A stretch of DNA of 64,000 nt, taken from contig LURN01000025.1 in the NCBI GenBank assembly GCA_001628405.1, forward strand, positions 120-64,119. Direction: 5' to 3'. Made by a program: the position numbers and the translations under genes. Positions 49,909 to 59,729 of the stretch are shown here, piece after piece. The notes under the pieces are model-generated. The model had not been told where the DNA came from. It saw nothing but the letters and a program-made list of their open reading frames with translations, and ran no database searches. Position 1 is the stretch's first letter; every line of letters starts with the position of its first letter. The DNA comes from Candidatus Thioglobus sp. REDSEA-S12_B1. Its GTDB lineage: Bacteria; Pseudomonadota; Gammaproteobacteria; PS1; Pseudothioglobaceae.

Positions 49909-50568
49909 TTACACAAAGGCTTTGAGCTGTTGTATAAACAAGTCTCTGGGTATATTAAACGCTCCTAAGCTTTCAAGATGCTTATTCTCTACCTGACAAT
50001 CTATCAATTTATAGTCACTATTTTGAATAAGATATGCAAGTGCAACTTTTGAAGCATTGTTCTCTAGTGAAAACATTGACTCTCCAAAAAAAACACTTCC
50101 TAATGAAACTCCATATAGACCGCCCACAAGTTTTTTATCATAAAAAACTTCGTAAGAATGGGCATATCCTGCATCATGAAGATCACAGTATGCTTTAATC
50201 ATGTTGTCATCTATCCATGTTCCAGACTGTCCAACTCTAGGTACATTTTGACACTGACTCATTACCTCAGAAAAAACAGTATTGACTGAAACATTAAATT
50301 TTGAGGATTTAATAGTTTTTCTTAAGCTTTTTGAAAGATGAAAGGTATCGGGTGTAATGACCATTCTGGGGTCTGGTGAATACCAAAGTATCGGCTCATC
50401 TTTACCATACCATGGAAAGATTCCTCTTGAGTAAGCATACAATAATCTATCAACAGATAAGTCTCCACCTATCCCAATTAGTCCATTCGGTTCTTTGAGA
50501 GCTAAATCTAATTTTGGAAATTTTATTTCACCCGCATCAAGCAAAAAAGATGATGGTATGTCGATCAC
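49909..50568 (-). CDS. aat: Leucyl/phenylalanyl-tRNA--protein transferase
   Basis: GGDLS, AYSRGIFPW, WYSPDPR, GGLYG, GESMFS, ASKVAL and IDCQ. Confidence 0.95.
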   Translation of the reverse strand: MIDIPSSFLLDAGEIKFPKLDLALKEPNGLIGIGGDLSVDRLLYAYSRGIFPWYGKDEPILWYSPDPRMVITPDTFHLSKSLRKTIKSSKFNVSVNTVFSEVMSQCQNVPRVGQSGTWIDDNMIKAYCDLHDAGYAHSYEVFYDKKLVGGLYGVSLGSVFFGESMFSLENNASKVALAYLIQNSDYKLIDCQVENKHLESLGAFNIPRDLFIQQLKAFV

Positions 50569-51116
50569 TTTTTGCGACTTTTGATAATATCCCTTGCCAT
50601 GTATAGCGCAAGAATACTTCTAGCCTCTGTTAAATCTTCGGTGTAAGTTAATTCCTCTAAATCTGAAAGTTTTTTGTGCACAATCTCAAGAGGCTCTGGC
50701 TCATCACCTTCAGCTGACTCCTCATAAAGGTCCTCAGCAAGAACGATATGAGTCTCACTCGACTGATAGCCAGGTGCAAGGGTGATTGTTTTTAAAAAAG
50801 TTAACTTGTTTGCTCCATAGCCAATTTCTTCTTTTAATTCGCGCCCAGCGGCTTCAACAGGGGTTTCTCCCTTATCAATCTTTCCTTTGGTTAGGCCCAA
50901 TTCATAACGTTCAGTCCCTCCAGAAAATTCATAAATCATTAAAACTGTTTCATCATCTAACATTGGAATAACCAAAACTGCTCCATTTCCTCTAGACATT
51001 AATCTTTCATACACTCGAGTTGCTCCATTAGAGAACTCAACATCCATTGATTCAAGATTAAAAATTCGACTCTGGGCTACAGTATGAATATTTGTCAGTT
51101 TAGGCTTTTTTCTCAT
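50565..51116 (-). CDS. nudE: ADP compounds hydrolase (Nudix)
   Basis: FSNGATRVYERL, Nudix box GETPVEAAGRELKEEIG, LAPGY and EGDEPEPL. Confidence 0.9.
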   Translation of the reverse strand: MRKKPKLTNIHTVAQSRIFNLESMDVEFSNGATRVYERLMSRGNGAVLVIPMLDDETVLMIYEFSGGTERYELGLTKGKIDKGETPVEAAGRELKEEIGYGANKLTFLKTITLAPGYQSSETHIVLAEDLYEESAEGDEPEPLEIVHKKLSDLEELTYTEDLTEARSILALYMARDIIKSRKK

Positions 51117-51170
51117 ACCGAATATTATGCCATCTGTTCTTAAATATTTATCTAATAAAGAACAAATTAA

Positions 51171-51995
51171 TTAATGATTATCTTCCCATAATAAAGGAAA
51201 AAAACTATCATCTAATTTATCAGTATCCTTCATTTTGTACTTTCTGTATATTTTTCCAGTACCGCCAGAGTTGGTTGGATGAAATATAGCATCACTAGGC
51301 ACGCAATGAGCCACTATGGCCCTTCGATTGCTGCTTGATAGATTAACGCCTGATCCATGCCAAGTCATGCCATGATGAAACGAAGCTCCTCCTGCAGGGA
51401 CTTCAACAGCATATTTTTGAAGATGCTTATCATTCATCTTTAGATAGCTATCAAGCTCTTTTGTGTAGTCATCAGGCGCATGAAAATTATCCGAAGGTGG
51501 ACATAGTTGCCACTTATGAGACTCAATGGCGAACTCTAAAGTGCCATTTTCCTTATGTGTCTTATCAAGTGGTATCCAACAAGTTGCCATGGTTTGAGGA
51601 ATAATCCAATCCACATATGCAGCATCCTGATGGAATGCAAGTGACTTTCCTTGGGGGGGCTTCCATAAAACATTATCCTGTATAAGTCTGGCCCCTTTCC
51701 AATTCATTAACTTAGAAATAGTTTGACCTATAATTGGATTGCAAACAACTTGCTTAATGAGACTATCAGATTTCCAACCATTGCAAATTTGCCTTGTTAC
51801 ATTATTAGGATCTCTTCCACTTTTCCAATTCCATTCGTCAGGCTCAATTCCAGTTTCAAACTCTCCCCGAAAAAGCAAATCAATTCTATGCTTTAATTCA
51901 TCAAGATATTTAAGGTTGATAAATTTATCAAGAGTTAGAAAACCATTCTTCTGAAAATCTTTCAATTGGTCTTCAGTGATTGAAGCTTTAATCAT
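51171..51995 (-). CDS. PhyH-family Fe(II)/2-oxoglutarate dioxygenase, substrate unknown
   Basis: GFL, FHQD (HxD), CWIPLD, ENGTL, WHGSG and RRA. Confidence 0.85.
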   Translation of the reverse strand: MIKASITEDQLKDFQKNGFLTLDKFINLKYLDELKHRIDLLFRGEFETGIEPDEWNWKSGRDPNNVTRQICNGWKSDSLIKQVVCNPIIGQTISKLMNWKGARLIQDNVLWKPPQGKSLAFHQDAAYVDWIIPQTMATCWIPLDKTHKENGTLEFAIESHKWQLCPPSDNFHAPDDYTKELDSYLKMNDKHLQKYAVEVPAGGASFHHGMTWHGSGVNLSSSNRRAIVAHCVPSDAIFHPTNSGGTGKIYRKYKMKDTDKLDDSFFPLLWEDNH

Positions 51996-52020
51996 TGGAA
52001 TAAGATTTGAGCGTTAATGA

Positions 52021-52908
52021 TTATTTATTATTCAACTCATCAAAAACCATTAGGGCTGAAGTGTCACTATATTTATGCCCTTTATCCATTAGGTTAATAT
52101 ATCTGTCGTAAACTTCTTGAGTAAAAGTTAAATTAGTTTGATTTCCTTTAGCTTGATCCAAACAATATCCTAAATCTTTTACCATCCACTTGATTGCAAA
52201 ACCAAAATCAAACTCTCTTTGGTGCATTGTTTTACCCCTATTTACCATTTGCCATGATTGTGCTGCTCCACCAGAAATAGCTGCTAACAATTTATCCATA
52301 TCTAAATTTTCTGATTCAGCAAAAAGTAAACCTTCGGATAGCCCTTGCAATAATCCAGCAATACAAATTTGATTAACCATTTTCGCGAGCTGACCAGACC
52401 CAACCTCTCCCATCAAAGTTATACTTTTTGAGTATGTTCTCATGATTGAATCACACGATTCTAAAATATCCGGATCACCTCCAGCCATCACACTTAGAAC
52501 ACCATTAACAGCGCCAGCCTCTCCGCCACTTACCGGGGCATCAATAAAATTAATGTCCTTAGACTTCAAAGACTCATCTAGATGCTTAGCAAGTTTACAA
52601 GAAGTAGTTGTATGGTCAATGAAGATAGACCCGCTTTTGAGAAAAGGCAACATGCCATCGTCTGAAAAAACAATTTCCATCATATCTTCATCCCTTCCAG
52701 TGCATGTGATAACCACATCAGCATCCGATACTGCCTCTTCAATAGTTTGGGCCACCCTTCCTTGGTATTCATCACCCCACTTGGCAGATTTTTCTAGTGA
52801 CCGATTAAAAACACATACATTAAATAGACCGGAATTTGATAGATGTCCTGCCATTGGATAACCCATCGTTCCTAAACCGACAAAAGTTACATTTTTTTTG
52901 CTGCCCAT
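52021..52908 (-). CDS. NAD(P)-dependent oxidoreductase, beta-hydroxyacid dehydrogenase family
   Basis: GLGTMGYPMA, DAPVSGG, GSGQLAKMVNQ and KDLGY. Confidence 0.9.
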   Translation of the reverse strand: MGSKKNVTFVGLGTMGYPMAGHLSNSGLFNVCVFNRSLEKSAKWGDEYQGRVAQTIEEAVSDADVVITCTGRDEDMMEIVFSDDGMLPFLKSGSIFIDHTTTSCKLAKHLDESLKSKDINFIDAPVSGGEAGAVNGVLSVMAGGDPDILESCDSIMRTYSKSITLMGEVGSGQLAKMVNQICIAGLLQGLSEGLLFAESENLDMDKLLAAISGGAAQSWQMVNRGKTMHQREFDFGFAIKWMVKDLGYCLDQAKGNQTNLTFTQEVYDRYINLMDKGHKYSDTSALMVFDELNNK

Positions 52909-52997
52909 ATGTGCACCTTATTTTTTGTTAAATTACTATGAATTATACGACAATGTGTACTATACTAAATCGCCAGTTAAACCAAAATGTCTTCCAT

Positions 52998-53621
52998 ATG
53001 ACTGAACCCAATTACTGGCAAGAATCCAAAGCATTTTTATCTAATGCTGACCCTAGTCTAGCAAAGTTATTCTTGAGATATGCAGACTATAATATTTCCT
53101 CTCGGGGTGAAGCATTAGAAACATTACTTAGGTCCATAGTTGGTCAACAAATATCTGTCCAAGCAGCTGCGAGTGTATGGGGGAAGTTAGCCAATAAAAT
53201 TGGCAAAATAAAGCCAGAAAATGTACTTTTATTGAGCTTCGAAGACCTAAGAACGTGCGGCCTATCTAAGCAAAAGGCTCAATACATTATTAATATTTGT
53301 GATCATTTTATGTCTTTCTCAATTAAAGATCATTCATATTGGGAAGGTCGATCATTCGAGAGCGTTTATCAAGAATTAATCACAATTAAAGGAGTTGGGC
53401 CTTGGACTGCAGAAATGTTTGGTATGTTTTATTTACTCGAGCCAGATATCTTTCCAATCAAAGATATTGGAATTATCAGAGCTATGAATCAAATCTATGG
53501 GCAAGGTAAAACTCTTAGCAAGGATAAGATTATTGAAATTTCTGAACAATGGAAGCCATATAGAAGTGTTGCTTGCTGGTTTCTATGGAAATCGATCGAC
53601 AGTGAGGATGTTCAATACTAA
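52998..53621 (+). CDS. DNA-3-methyladenine glycosylase (AlkA/HhH-GPD family)
   Basis: [14 protein letters not shown], Hh[12 protein letters not shown], FPxxD and WKPYRS; start placed at ATG 52998 (52938 possible). Confidence 0.88.
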   Translation: MTEPNYWQESKAFLSNADPSLAKLFLRYADYNISSRGEALETLLRSIVGQQISVQAAASVWGKLANKIGKIKPENVLLLSFEDLRTCGLSKQKAQYIINICDHFMSFSIKDHSYWEGRSFESVYQELITIKGVGPWTAEMFGMFYLLEPDIFPIKDIGIIRAMNQIYGQGKTLSKDKIIEISEQWKPYRSVACWFLWKSIDSEDVQY

Positions 53622-54691
53622 GATTCTAAAGCCTTAACAACAAGATCGCCCATTTCTTCTGTTCCAACTATTTTTGTACTATCCCCAGCAATATCTCTTG
53701 TTCTGTATCCTTGATCCAAGACATCACTCACAGCAGAATCAATTTTATCAGCCAGCTCTCCTTGGTTAAGTGAGTATCTGAGCATCATAGAGACAGACAA
53801 GATTGTTGCCAATGGATTTGCAATATCTTTGCCAGCTATATCAGGTGCAGAACCATGAATAGGCTCATACATACCAAAGTTATTTTTATCTAATGATGCT
53901 GAGGGCAGCATCCCGATGGAGCCAGTCAGCATTGCTGCACAATCGGACAAAACATCTCCGAAAAGATTGCTCGTAACCATGACGTCAAACTGCTTTGGAT
54001 CTCTCACAAGTTGCATAGCTGCATTATCAACGTATAGATGTGTGAGCTCTACATCAGAATATTCTTTTGACACTTCTTCCATCACATCTCTCCAAAGCTC
54101 GGACACCTCAAGAACATTTGCTTTATCCACAGAACAGACTCTTCTTCCTCTCTTTTGCGCTATTTGAAAAGCAGAATGCCCAATTCTTGCAATCTCAGAT
54201 TCATAATAGGTCGCAGAATTGACTCCAAATCGCTCACCATTTTTGATTTCAACTCCCCTAGGCTGTCCAAAATAGATACCTCCAACAAGCTCACGAACAA
54301 TCATTAGATCAAGTCCAGACACAATCTCATTCTTAAGGCTTGATGCAGAAGCGAGTTGTGGATATAGAATTGCTGGTCTTAGATTTGAAAAAAGTTCTAG
54401 CTCAGAACGTATACCCAACAAGCCTCTTTCTGGCCTAAGGCTTCTTTCTAGTGACTCCCATTTGGGCCCACCAACAGCTCCCAGCAAAATTGAGTCGCAT
54501 TCCCTTGCAATCCTAACAGTCTCATCAGGAAAAGGTGACCCCGTTTCATCATAAGCAGCGCCTCCAAGAAGACCATTAACAAGAGTCATCCCCATAGCAT
54601 GATTCCTGTTTAATGAATCTATGACTTTAACAGCTTGAGCTATAATCTCTATCCCGATGCCATCGCCAGGAAGAATGAGTATTTTTGACAT
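53618..54691 (-). CDS. leuB: 3-isopropylmalate dehydrogenase
   Basis: [33 protein letters not shown] and [12 protein letters not shown]. Confidence 0.97.
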   Translation of the reverse strand: MSKILILPGDGIGIEIIAQAVKVIDSLNRNHAMGMTLVNGLLGGAAYDETGSPFPDETVRIARECDSILLGAVGGPKWESLERSLRPERGLLGIRSELELFSNLRPAILYPQLASASSLKNEIVSGLDLMIVRELVGGIYFGQPRGVEIKNGERFGVNSATYYESEIARIGHSAFQIAQKRGRRVCSVDKANVLEVSELWRDVMEEVSKEYSDVELTHLYVDNAAMQLVRDPKQFDVMVTSNLFGDVLSDCAAMLTGSIGMLPSASLDKNNFGMYEPIHGSAPDIAGKDIANPLATILSVSMMLRYSLNQGELADKIDSAVSDVLDQGYRTRDIAGDSTKIVGTEEMGDLVVKALES

Positions 54692-54733
54692 TTTAGTTTC
54701 CTAATATACGTTTATAAATAAAATTAGCTGAAG

Positions 54734-54898
54734 TTATATTTCAACCATATCGAAGTCTTCCTTGCCCGAGCCACAAACAGGACACTCCCAGTCTTCAGGA
54801 ACATCTGACCAGGCCGTTCCAGGATCAATTCCTTCATCTGGAGCGCCTTTCTCCTCATCATATATCCATCCACACATGGTACATTGAAATTTTTTCAT
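54734..54898 (-). CDS. Rubredoxin (54 aa; not in the ORF track)
   Basis: Hand translation MKKFQCTMCGWIYDEEKGAPDEGIDPGTAWSDVPEDWECPVCGSGKEDFDMVEI*; two CxxCG motifs. Confidence 0.95.
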   Translation of the reverse strand: MKKFQCTMCGWIYDEEKGAPDEGIDPGTAWSDVPEDWECPVCGSGKEDFDMVEI

Positions 54899-55058
54899 AA
54901 TAAGTTTTATCAACAGGAAAATTTATTAGTGCTGGTAAACTCCATTGCAAGATAATTATACATTTTGTTCATGATATATTGAGAATCAAAATTGATTGCT
55001 AGTTTCCACATTAGAACTAATTTGAGTGGTGTTAGAAAATACAGTATAAAATACTGCA

Positions 55059-56441
55059 ATGCTCAAAATTTATAATACTCTTAGCAAGAAAAAGGAAGAG
55101 TTCCAACCGATTGATGCGAACCAAGTTGGAATTTATGTGTGTGGTATGACCGTTTATGACTTCTGTCATATGGGCCATGCTAGGGTAATGGTGATGTTTG
55201 ATGTCATAACAAGGCATTTGAGACGAAACTTTCCTAGTGTAAAGTACGTAAGAAATATCACAGATATTGATGACAAGATCATCACAAGAGCGATTGAAAA
55301 TAATGAGGATATTTACTCATTAACCAACAGGTTCATCGATGCAATGCATGAAGATGAAAAATCTTTAGGTGTTTTAAGTCCAGATATCGAGCCTAGAGCT
55401 ACTGATTCAATTGACAAGATGATTGAAATGATAGAATCACTTTCAAATAAAGGACTCGCTTATCAAGGAACTAACGGTGACGTATTTTATTCAGTAAGAA
55501 AATTTACAGAATATGGGAAACTATCTGGAAAAAACTTAGACGACCTGATGGCTGGTGCCAGGGTTGATGTTGAAAGCCATAAAAAAGATCCACTTGATTT
55601 TGTTCTTTGGAAAAAAGCTAAATCTGATGAACCTAGCTGGGAATCACCCTGGGGTAACGGTAGGCCCGGTTGGCATATTGAATGCTCAGCAATGTCTAAT
55701 CATTTCATTTCGAATCATTTCGATATACATGGTGGAGGGATGGACTTGACGTTTCCGCATCATGAAAATGAAATTGCCCAATCAGAAGGCGCTAATAATT
55801 GTAAATTTGTAAATACTTGGATGCACGTTGGTTTTGTCAACATTGATGACGAAAAGATGAGCAAATCTCTCAATAATTTTTTTACTATTCGTGATGTATT
55901 AAAAACATATGATGGCGAAGCGCTCAGATACTTTCTGATCAGCAGTCACTACCGATCACCTTTAAACTATAGTGAAACAAACATTGAGAGCGCTCAATCA
56001 GCCTTACTTAGACTTTATAACGCTATAAAAGGGCTAAATCATCATTCTATTGATCCGGAACTTCTTGAGGTTGACTACGAAACAAGGTTTAATGCGGCTT
56101 TAAATGATGATTTTAATACCCCTATGGCTTTGAGTATTCTTTTTGAAATTGCTAAACAAATCAATATAGAAAGAACCACTAATCCCAAAAAGGCCAGTGC
56201 ATTATCAAGCCAACTTGTCAAGCTTGGAAACTACATTGGTATACTAAATCATAATGCTGATGAATACTTAAAGCAAGGATCAGAGCTGTCTGAATCTGAA
56301 ATCTCTAAAAAAATTGATCAAAGAGAAGCTGCAAGAAATTCTAAAGACTTTGCTATGTCAGACCAAATCAGAGATGAACTTTTGGAGCTTGGCATTATTC
56401 TTGAAGACAGTGCAAATGGGACAACTTGGCGAAGAAAATAA
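55059..56441 (+). CDS. cysS: Cysteine--tRNA ligase
   Basis: CGMTVYD..HMGH, GRPGWHIECS, HGGG.DL.FPHHENE and KMSKS. Confidence 0.98.
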   Translation: MLKIYNTLSKKKEEFQPIDANQVGIYVCGMTVYDFCHMGHARVMVMFDVITRHLRRNFPSVKYVRNITDIDDKIITRAIENNEDIYSLTNRFIDAMHEDEKSLGVLSPDIEPRATDSIDKMIEMIESLSNKGLAYQGTNGDVFYSVRKFTEYGKLSGKNLDDLMAGARVDVESHKKDPLDFVLWKKAKSDEPSWESPWGNGRPGWHIECSAMSNHFISNHFDIHGGGMDLTFPHHENEIAQSEGANNCKFVNTWMHVGFVNIDDEKMSKSLNNFFTIRDVLKTYDGEALRYFLISSHYRSPLNYSETNIESAQSALLRLYNAIKGLNHHSIDPELLEVDYETRFNAALNDDFNTPMALSILFEIAKQINIERTTNPKKASALSSQLVKLGNYIGILNHNADEYLKQGSELSESEISKKIDQREAARNSKDFAMSDQIRDELLELGIILEDSANGTTWRRK

Positions 56442-57099
56442 TATAGACCTAGATTGGAATCAAATTGATACAATCCTGCTGGACCTTGATGGAACTATCT
56501 TAGATTTAAACTTTGATTTAGAGTTTTGGTTGGAATATGTTCCTAAGATTTACTCAAAAAAAAATAACATCAGCTATGAGAGAGCTAAAGAAATAATCAT
56601 ATCAAAGATTAATTCTCAAGAAGGGAAGCTTACTTGGTATTGTCTAGATTATTGGGAAAAAGAACTTGAATTAGATATCATGAAACTCAAGACTGACATC
56701 TCTCACTTGATTCAAGTTCATGATCATGCATTAACATTTCTTCAACGTGTGAAAGAAAAAAATAAGCGCATTTATCTAGTTACAAATGCCCACAGAAAAG
56801 GCATTAAACTCAAAATGAAAATGTCTAAAATCGAAGGTTTTTTTGATCAAATTATTTCTTCGCATGACTTTGGTGTTCCAAAACAAAAGCAAAAATTTTG
56901 GAAAGAGCTTGACAAGCAAATCGATTTAAACAAAGAAAGAACAATCTTTTTTGACGACTCTCTTGATGTTTTGGAGGCGGCTGCTAAATTCAACATAAGA
57001 GATGTTATTGCAATTAATAAACCAAGCACTAAGATCGCCAAAAAGAATATACCTGGATACAGGAATATTGAAAATTTTTATGAAGTGACGCCACAATAA
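56416..57099 (+). CDS. yrfG: HAD-family GMP/IMP nucleotidase (YrfG-like)
   Basis: LLDLDGTILDL, WYCLDYW, TNAH, SSHDFG.PK and FFDDS; start placed at ATG 56416 rather than 56314. Confidence 0.88.
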   Translation: MGQLGEENNIDLDWNQIDTILLDLDGTILDLNFDLEFWLEYVPKIYSKKNNISYERAKEIIISKINSQEGKLTWYCLDYWEKELELDIMKLKTDISHLIQVHDHALTFLQRVKEKNKRIYLVTNAHRKGIKLKMKMSKIEGFFDQIISSHDFGVPKQKQKFWKELDKQIDLNKERTIFFDDSLDVLEAAAKFNIRDVIAINKPSTKIAKKNIPGYRNIENFYEVTPQ

Positions 57100-57116
57100 A
57101 TAAGGTGTCATTTTAA

Positions 57117-57164
57117 ATTGCAATTTTGCAATGAAACAAATTGTAACAAACGCATAAAGTATGC
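57117..57164. promoter_or_regulatory. Inverted repeats upstream of the PFK gene
   Basis: ATTGCAA-TT-TTGCAAT (57117-57132) and GCATA-AAG-TATGC (57152-57164). Confidence 0.35.
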
Positions 57165-57320
57165 AATCTAAAATGTAAATTAATCTATTTAAACAAAACT
57201 TTAGAATTATTGAATACTGTATTAATACCAAATGTTATACTTTTTCCTAAGTCTGAAGAAAATCTGTATGCGCCATCAACTTTGCATACTTAACTCTTAA
57301 CCTTTAATAACAAAATAATT

Positions 57321-58565
57321 ATGAAAAATGCCTTTTACGCACAATCCGGTGGGGTAACTGCTGTAATCAACGCATCTGCCAGTGGTGTGATTGAGACAGC
57401 TAGAAAACATTCAGACAAAATTGGTACAGTTTATGCCGGAGAGAATGGAATTATTGGAGCTTTAACTGAAAACCTAATTGATACCTCTCTAGAGTCGGAT
57501 GCTGATATTGCAGCACTTAATCATACACCCTCAGGCGGTTTTGGATCTTGTCGCTACAAGATGAAATCGCTCGAAGCCAACAGAGCTGAATATGAACGCT
57601 TGATAGAAGTCTTCAAAGCCCATAATATTGGTTATTTTTTCTACAATGGTGGAGGTGACTCAGCGGATACTTGCTTAAAAGTTTCTCAATTATCAGAGAG
57701 TATGGGGTTCCCAATTCAAGCAATTCACATACCCAAAACTGTAGACAACGATTTGCCAGTCACCGATAACTGCCCTGGCTTTGGATCTGTTGCGAAATAT
57801 ATTGCTGTTTCCACAATGGAGGCTAGCTTTGATGTTGCCTCAATGGCAGAAACGTCAACAAAAATCTTTGTTTTAGAGGTTATGGGGCGTCATGCAGGCT
57901 GGATAGCCGCGGCTGGTGGGCTGGTAGACTCATCAATACCTGTGGTCATTTTGTTTCCTGAGGTTGAATTTGACAAAGAAAAATTTTTAGCTAAGGTTGA
58001 TAGTAATGTTAAAGAGTTTGGATATTGCACAATAGTTGTTTCAGAGGGTACTAAGTGGCCTGATGGCTCATTCCTTGCAGAACAAGGCACCCGTGATGAC
58101 TTTGGTCATGCTCAACTCGGAGGAGCAGCACCTGTCGTAGCGAATATTATTAAACAATCTCTTGGATACAAGTTTCATTGGGCAGTGGCAGACTATCTTC
58201 AGCGTTCAGCAAGACACTTGGCTTCTAACTCTGATGTTGAACAAGCATATGCCCTTGGTAAAGCTGCAGTCGAAATGGCCCTTGATGGAAAGAATTCAAT
58301 CATGCCATCTATCGTAAGAAAATCAAATAATCCATATCAATGGGAAATTGGCTATGGTGAATTAAAGGACATCGCAAATGTTGAAAAAATGATGCCAGAA
58401 AATTTTATTTCAAAAGACGGATTTTCTATAACTAATTCATGTCGTGAATATCTTCTCCCACTTATTGAAGGTGAAAATTATCCACCGTATAATAATGGTT
58501 TGCCGGAATATGTAGTAATGAAAAAAATTAAGGTAAACAAAAAGCTACCTCCCTTTGAAATATAA
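57321..58565 (+). CDS. pfp: 6-phosphofructokinase, probably pyrophosphate-dependent
   Basis: QSGG, YNGGGDS (Asp in the PPi-determining position), PKTVDND and EVMGRHAGW. Confidence 0.85.
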   Translation: MKNAFYAQSGGVTAVINASASGVIETARKHSDKIGTVYAGENGIIGALTENLIDTSLESDADIAALNHTPSGGFGSCRYKMKSLEANRAEYERLIEVFKAHNIGYFFYNGGGDSADTCLKVSQLSESMGFPIQAIHIPKTVDNDLPVTDNCPGFGSVAKYIAVSTMEASFDVASMAETSTKIFVLEVMGRHAGWIAAAGGLVDSSIPVVILFPEVEFDKEKFLAKVDSNVKEFGYCTIVVSEGTKWPDGSFLAEQGTRDDFGHAQLGGAAPVVANIIKQSLGYKFHWAVADYLQRSARHLASNSDVEQAYALGKAAVEMALDGKNSIMPSIVRKSNNPYQWEIGYGELKDIANVEKMMPENFISKDGFSITNSCREYLLPLIEGENYPPYNNGLPEYVVMKKIKVNKKLPPFEI

Positions 58566-58580
58566 ACAATTAGTGCTCGT

Positions 58581-59234
58581 ATGAATATTATTTTGTTGGG
58601 CCCACCTGGTGCAGGAAAAGGCACTCAGGCGGCACATATTTGTGAAAAATTTAATATTCCCCAGATTTCAACTGGTGACATGTTGCGTGCGGCGGTAAAT
58701 GCTGGCTCACCGATTGGTTTAGAAGCAAAAAAAACAATTGATGCAGGAAAGCTGGTATCTGATGAACTGATTATTTCCCTTGTTAAAGAGAGAATTCATT
58801 TGCCTGACTGCCATAACGGTTATTTACTTGATGGATTTCCTAGGACAATTAATCAAGCCAATGCTCTTAAAATAGAGGGTATTTCAATTAACTATTGTGT
58901 TGAAGTTAAAGTTCCAGATGATGATATCGTCGAAAGAATGTCTGGTCGTCGTGTCCATTTATCTTCAGGGAGAACATACCATATTAAATTTAATCCACCT
59001 AAAGAGGCCAACAAGGACGACATTACCGGTGGCGAACTAATCCAAAGAGTGGATGATAGTGAAGAAATAGTCAGGGGTCGACTGAAAATTTACCATAAAC
59101 AAACCGAACCTCTAGTTAAGTATTATCAAGCTGATTCTGATAACCCTGAAATTGGCACAAAATTTATAGCTATCGATGGTGTCGGGACTCTTGAAGAGGT
59201 CAAAGATAGAATTTCAACTGCACTTTCAAGTTAA
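58581..59234 (+). CDS. adk: Adenylate kinase
   Basis: [25 protein letters not shown] and LID domain. Confidence 0.97.
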   Translation: MNIILLGPPGAGKGTQAAHICEKFNIPQISTGDMLRAAVNAGSPIGLEAKKTIDAGKLVSDELIISLVKERIHLPDCHNGYLLDGFPRTINQANALKIEGISINYCVEVKVPDDDIVERMSGRRVHLSSGRTYHIKFNPPKEANKDDITGGELIQRVDDSEEIVRGRLKIYHKQTEPLVKYYQADSDNPEIGTKFIAIDGVGTLEEVKDRISTALSS

Positions 59235-59243
59235 TACGCTCTT

Positions 59244-59729
59244 CTAAAGATCAATTTTAAACTTGACTCTCTTGGTTCCATCTTCAGAGCCCTTAACCAA
59301 GACTTTATCGTTATTAATATCGTAGGTTAAAGAATCACCACTAAATGAATCAAAGCCTTGGACTAGATAAGCATCACCCACTAAAAAAATCATCCCTTCG
59401 TTGACATCATAAGTAATCAAGGTAGCCGTAGCCTCAATAAATCGCGCCTGATTTTCTTGGCTTTGAATATACTTCGCAGGCTTTTGGAGTGTACCTTTTG
59501 CTACCATCGTTTCAACACCATCAGCGTTGGTTTGGACCTGAATAATTTCAGCAGTCATTATCAAAGAACCTTGCTTGACTTCGGCGTCACCAATAAACTC
59601 ATTGAACCCCGTAGTCTCATCCACCATGACTGATTCAGCCTCTATCTCTATTGGCTGATCAGCATCTTCAGATAATGCAAATGCAAAAGTTGAGAAAAAT
59701 ATAGCCAATAATAAAATCAATTTATTCAT
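59244..59729 (-). CDS. lptA: LPS transport periplasmic protein
   Basis: Signal peptide, ALSEDADQPIEIEA, QGSL, and G..L.YD...V OstA-type beta-jellyroll. Confidence 0.9.
   Translation of the reverse strand: MNKLILLLAIFFSTFAFALSEDADQPIEIEAESVMVDETTGFNEFIGDAEVKQGSLIMTAEIIQVQTNADGVETMVAKGTLQKPAKYIQSQENQARFIEATATLITYDVNEGMIFLVGDAYLVQGFDSFSGDSLTYDINNDKVLVKGSEDGTKRVKFKIDL

Noticed and set aside
56314-56415. Long N-terminal extension of YrfG overlapping cysS by 128 nt
   Set aside because: It is an out-of-frame reading of the cysS 3' end; HAD motif I begins shortly after ATG 56416.
45487-57099. cysQ, nudE and yrfG as one functional cluster
   Set aside because: They are neighbours in some gammaproteobacteria but are scattered over 11 kb here with unrelated genes between them; ordinary rearrangement explains this.
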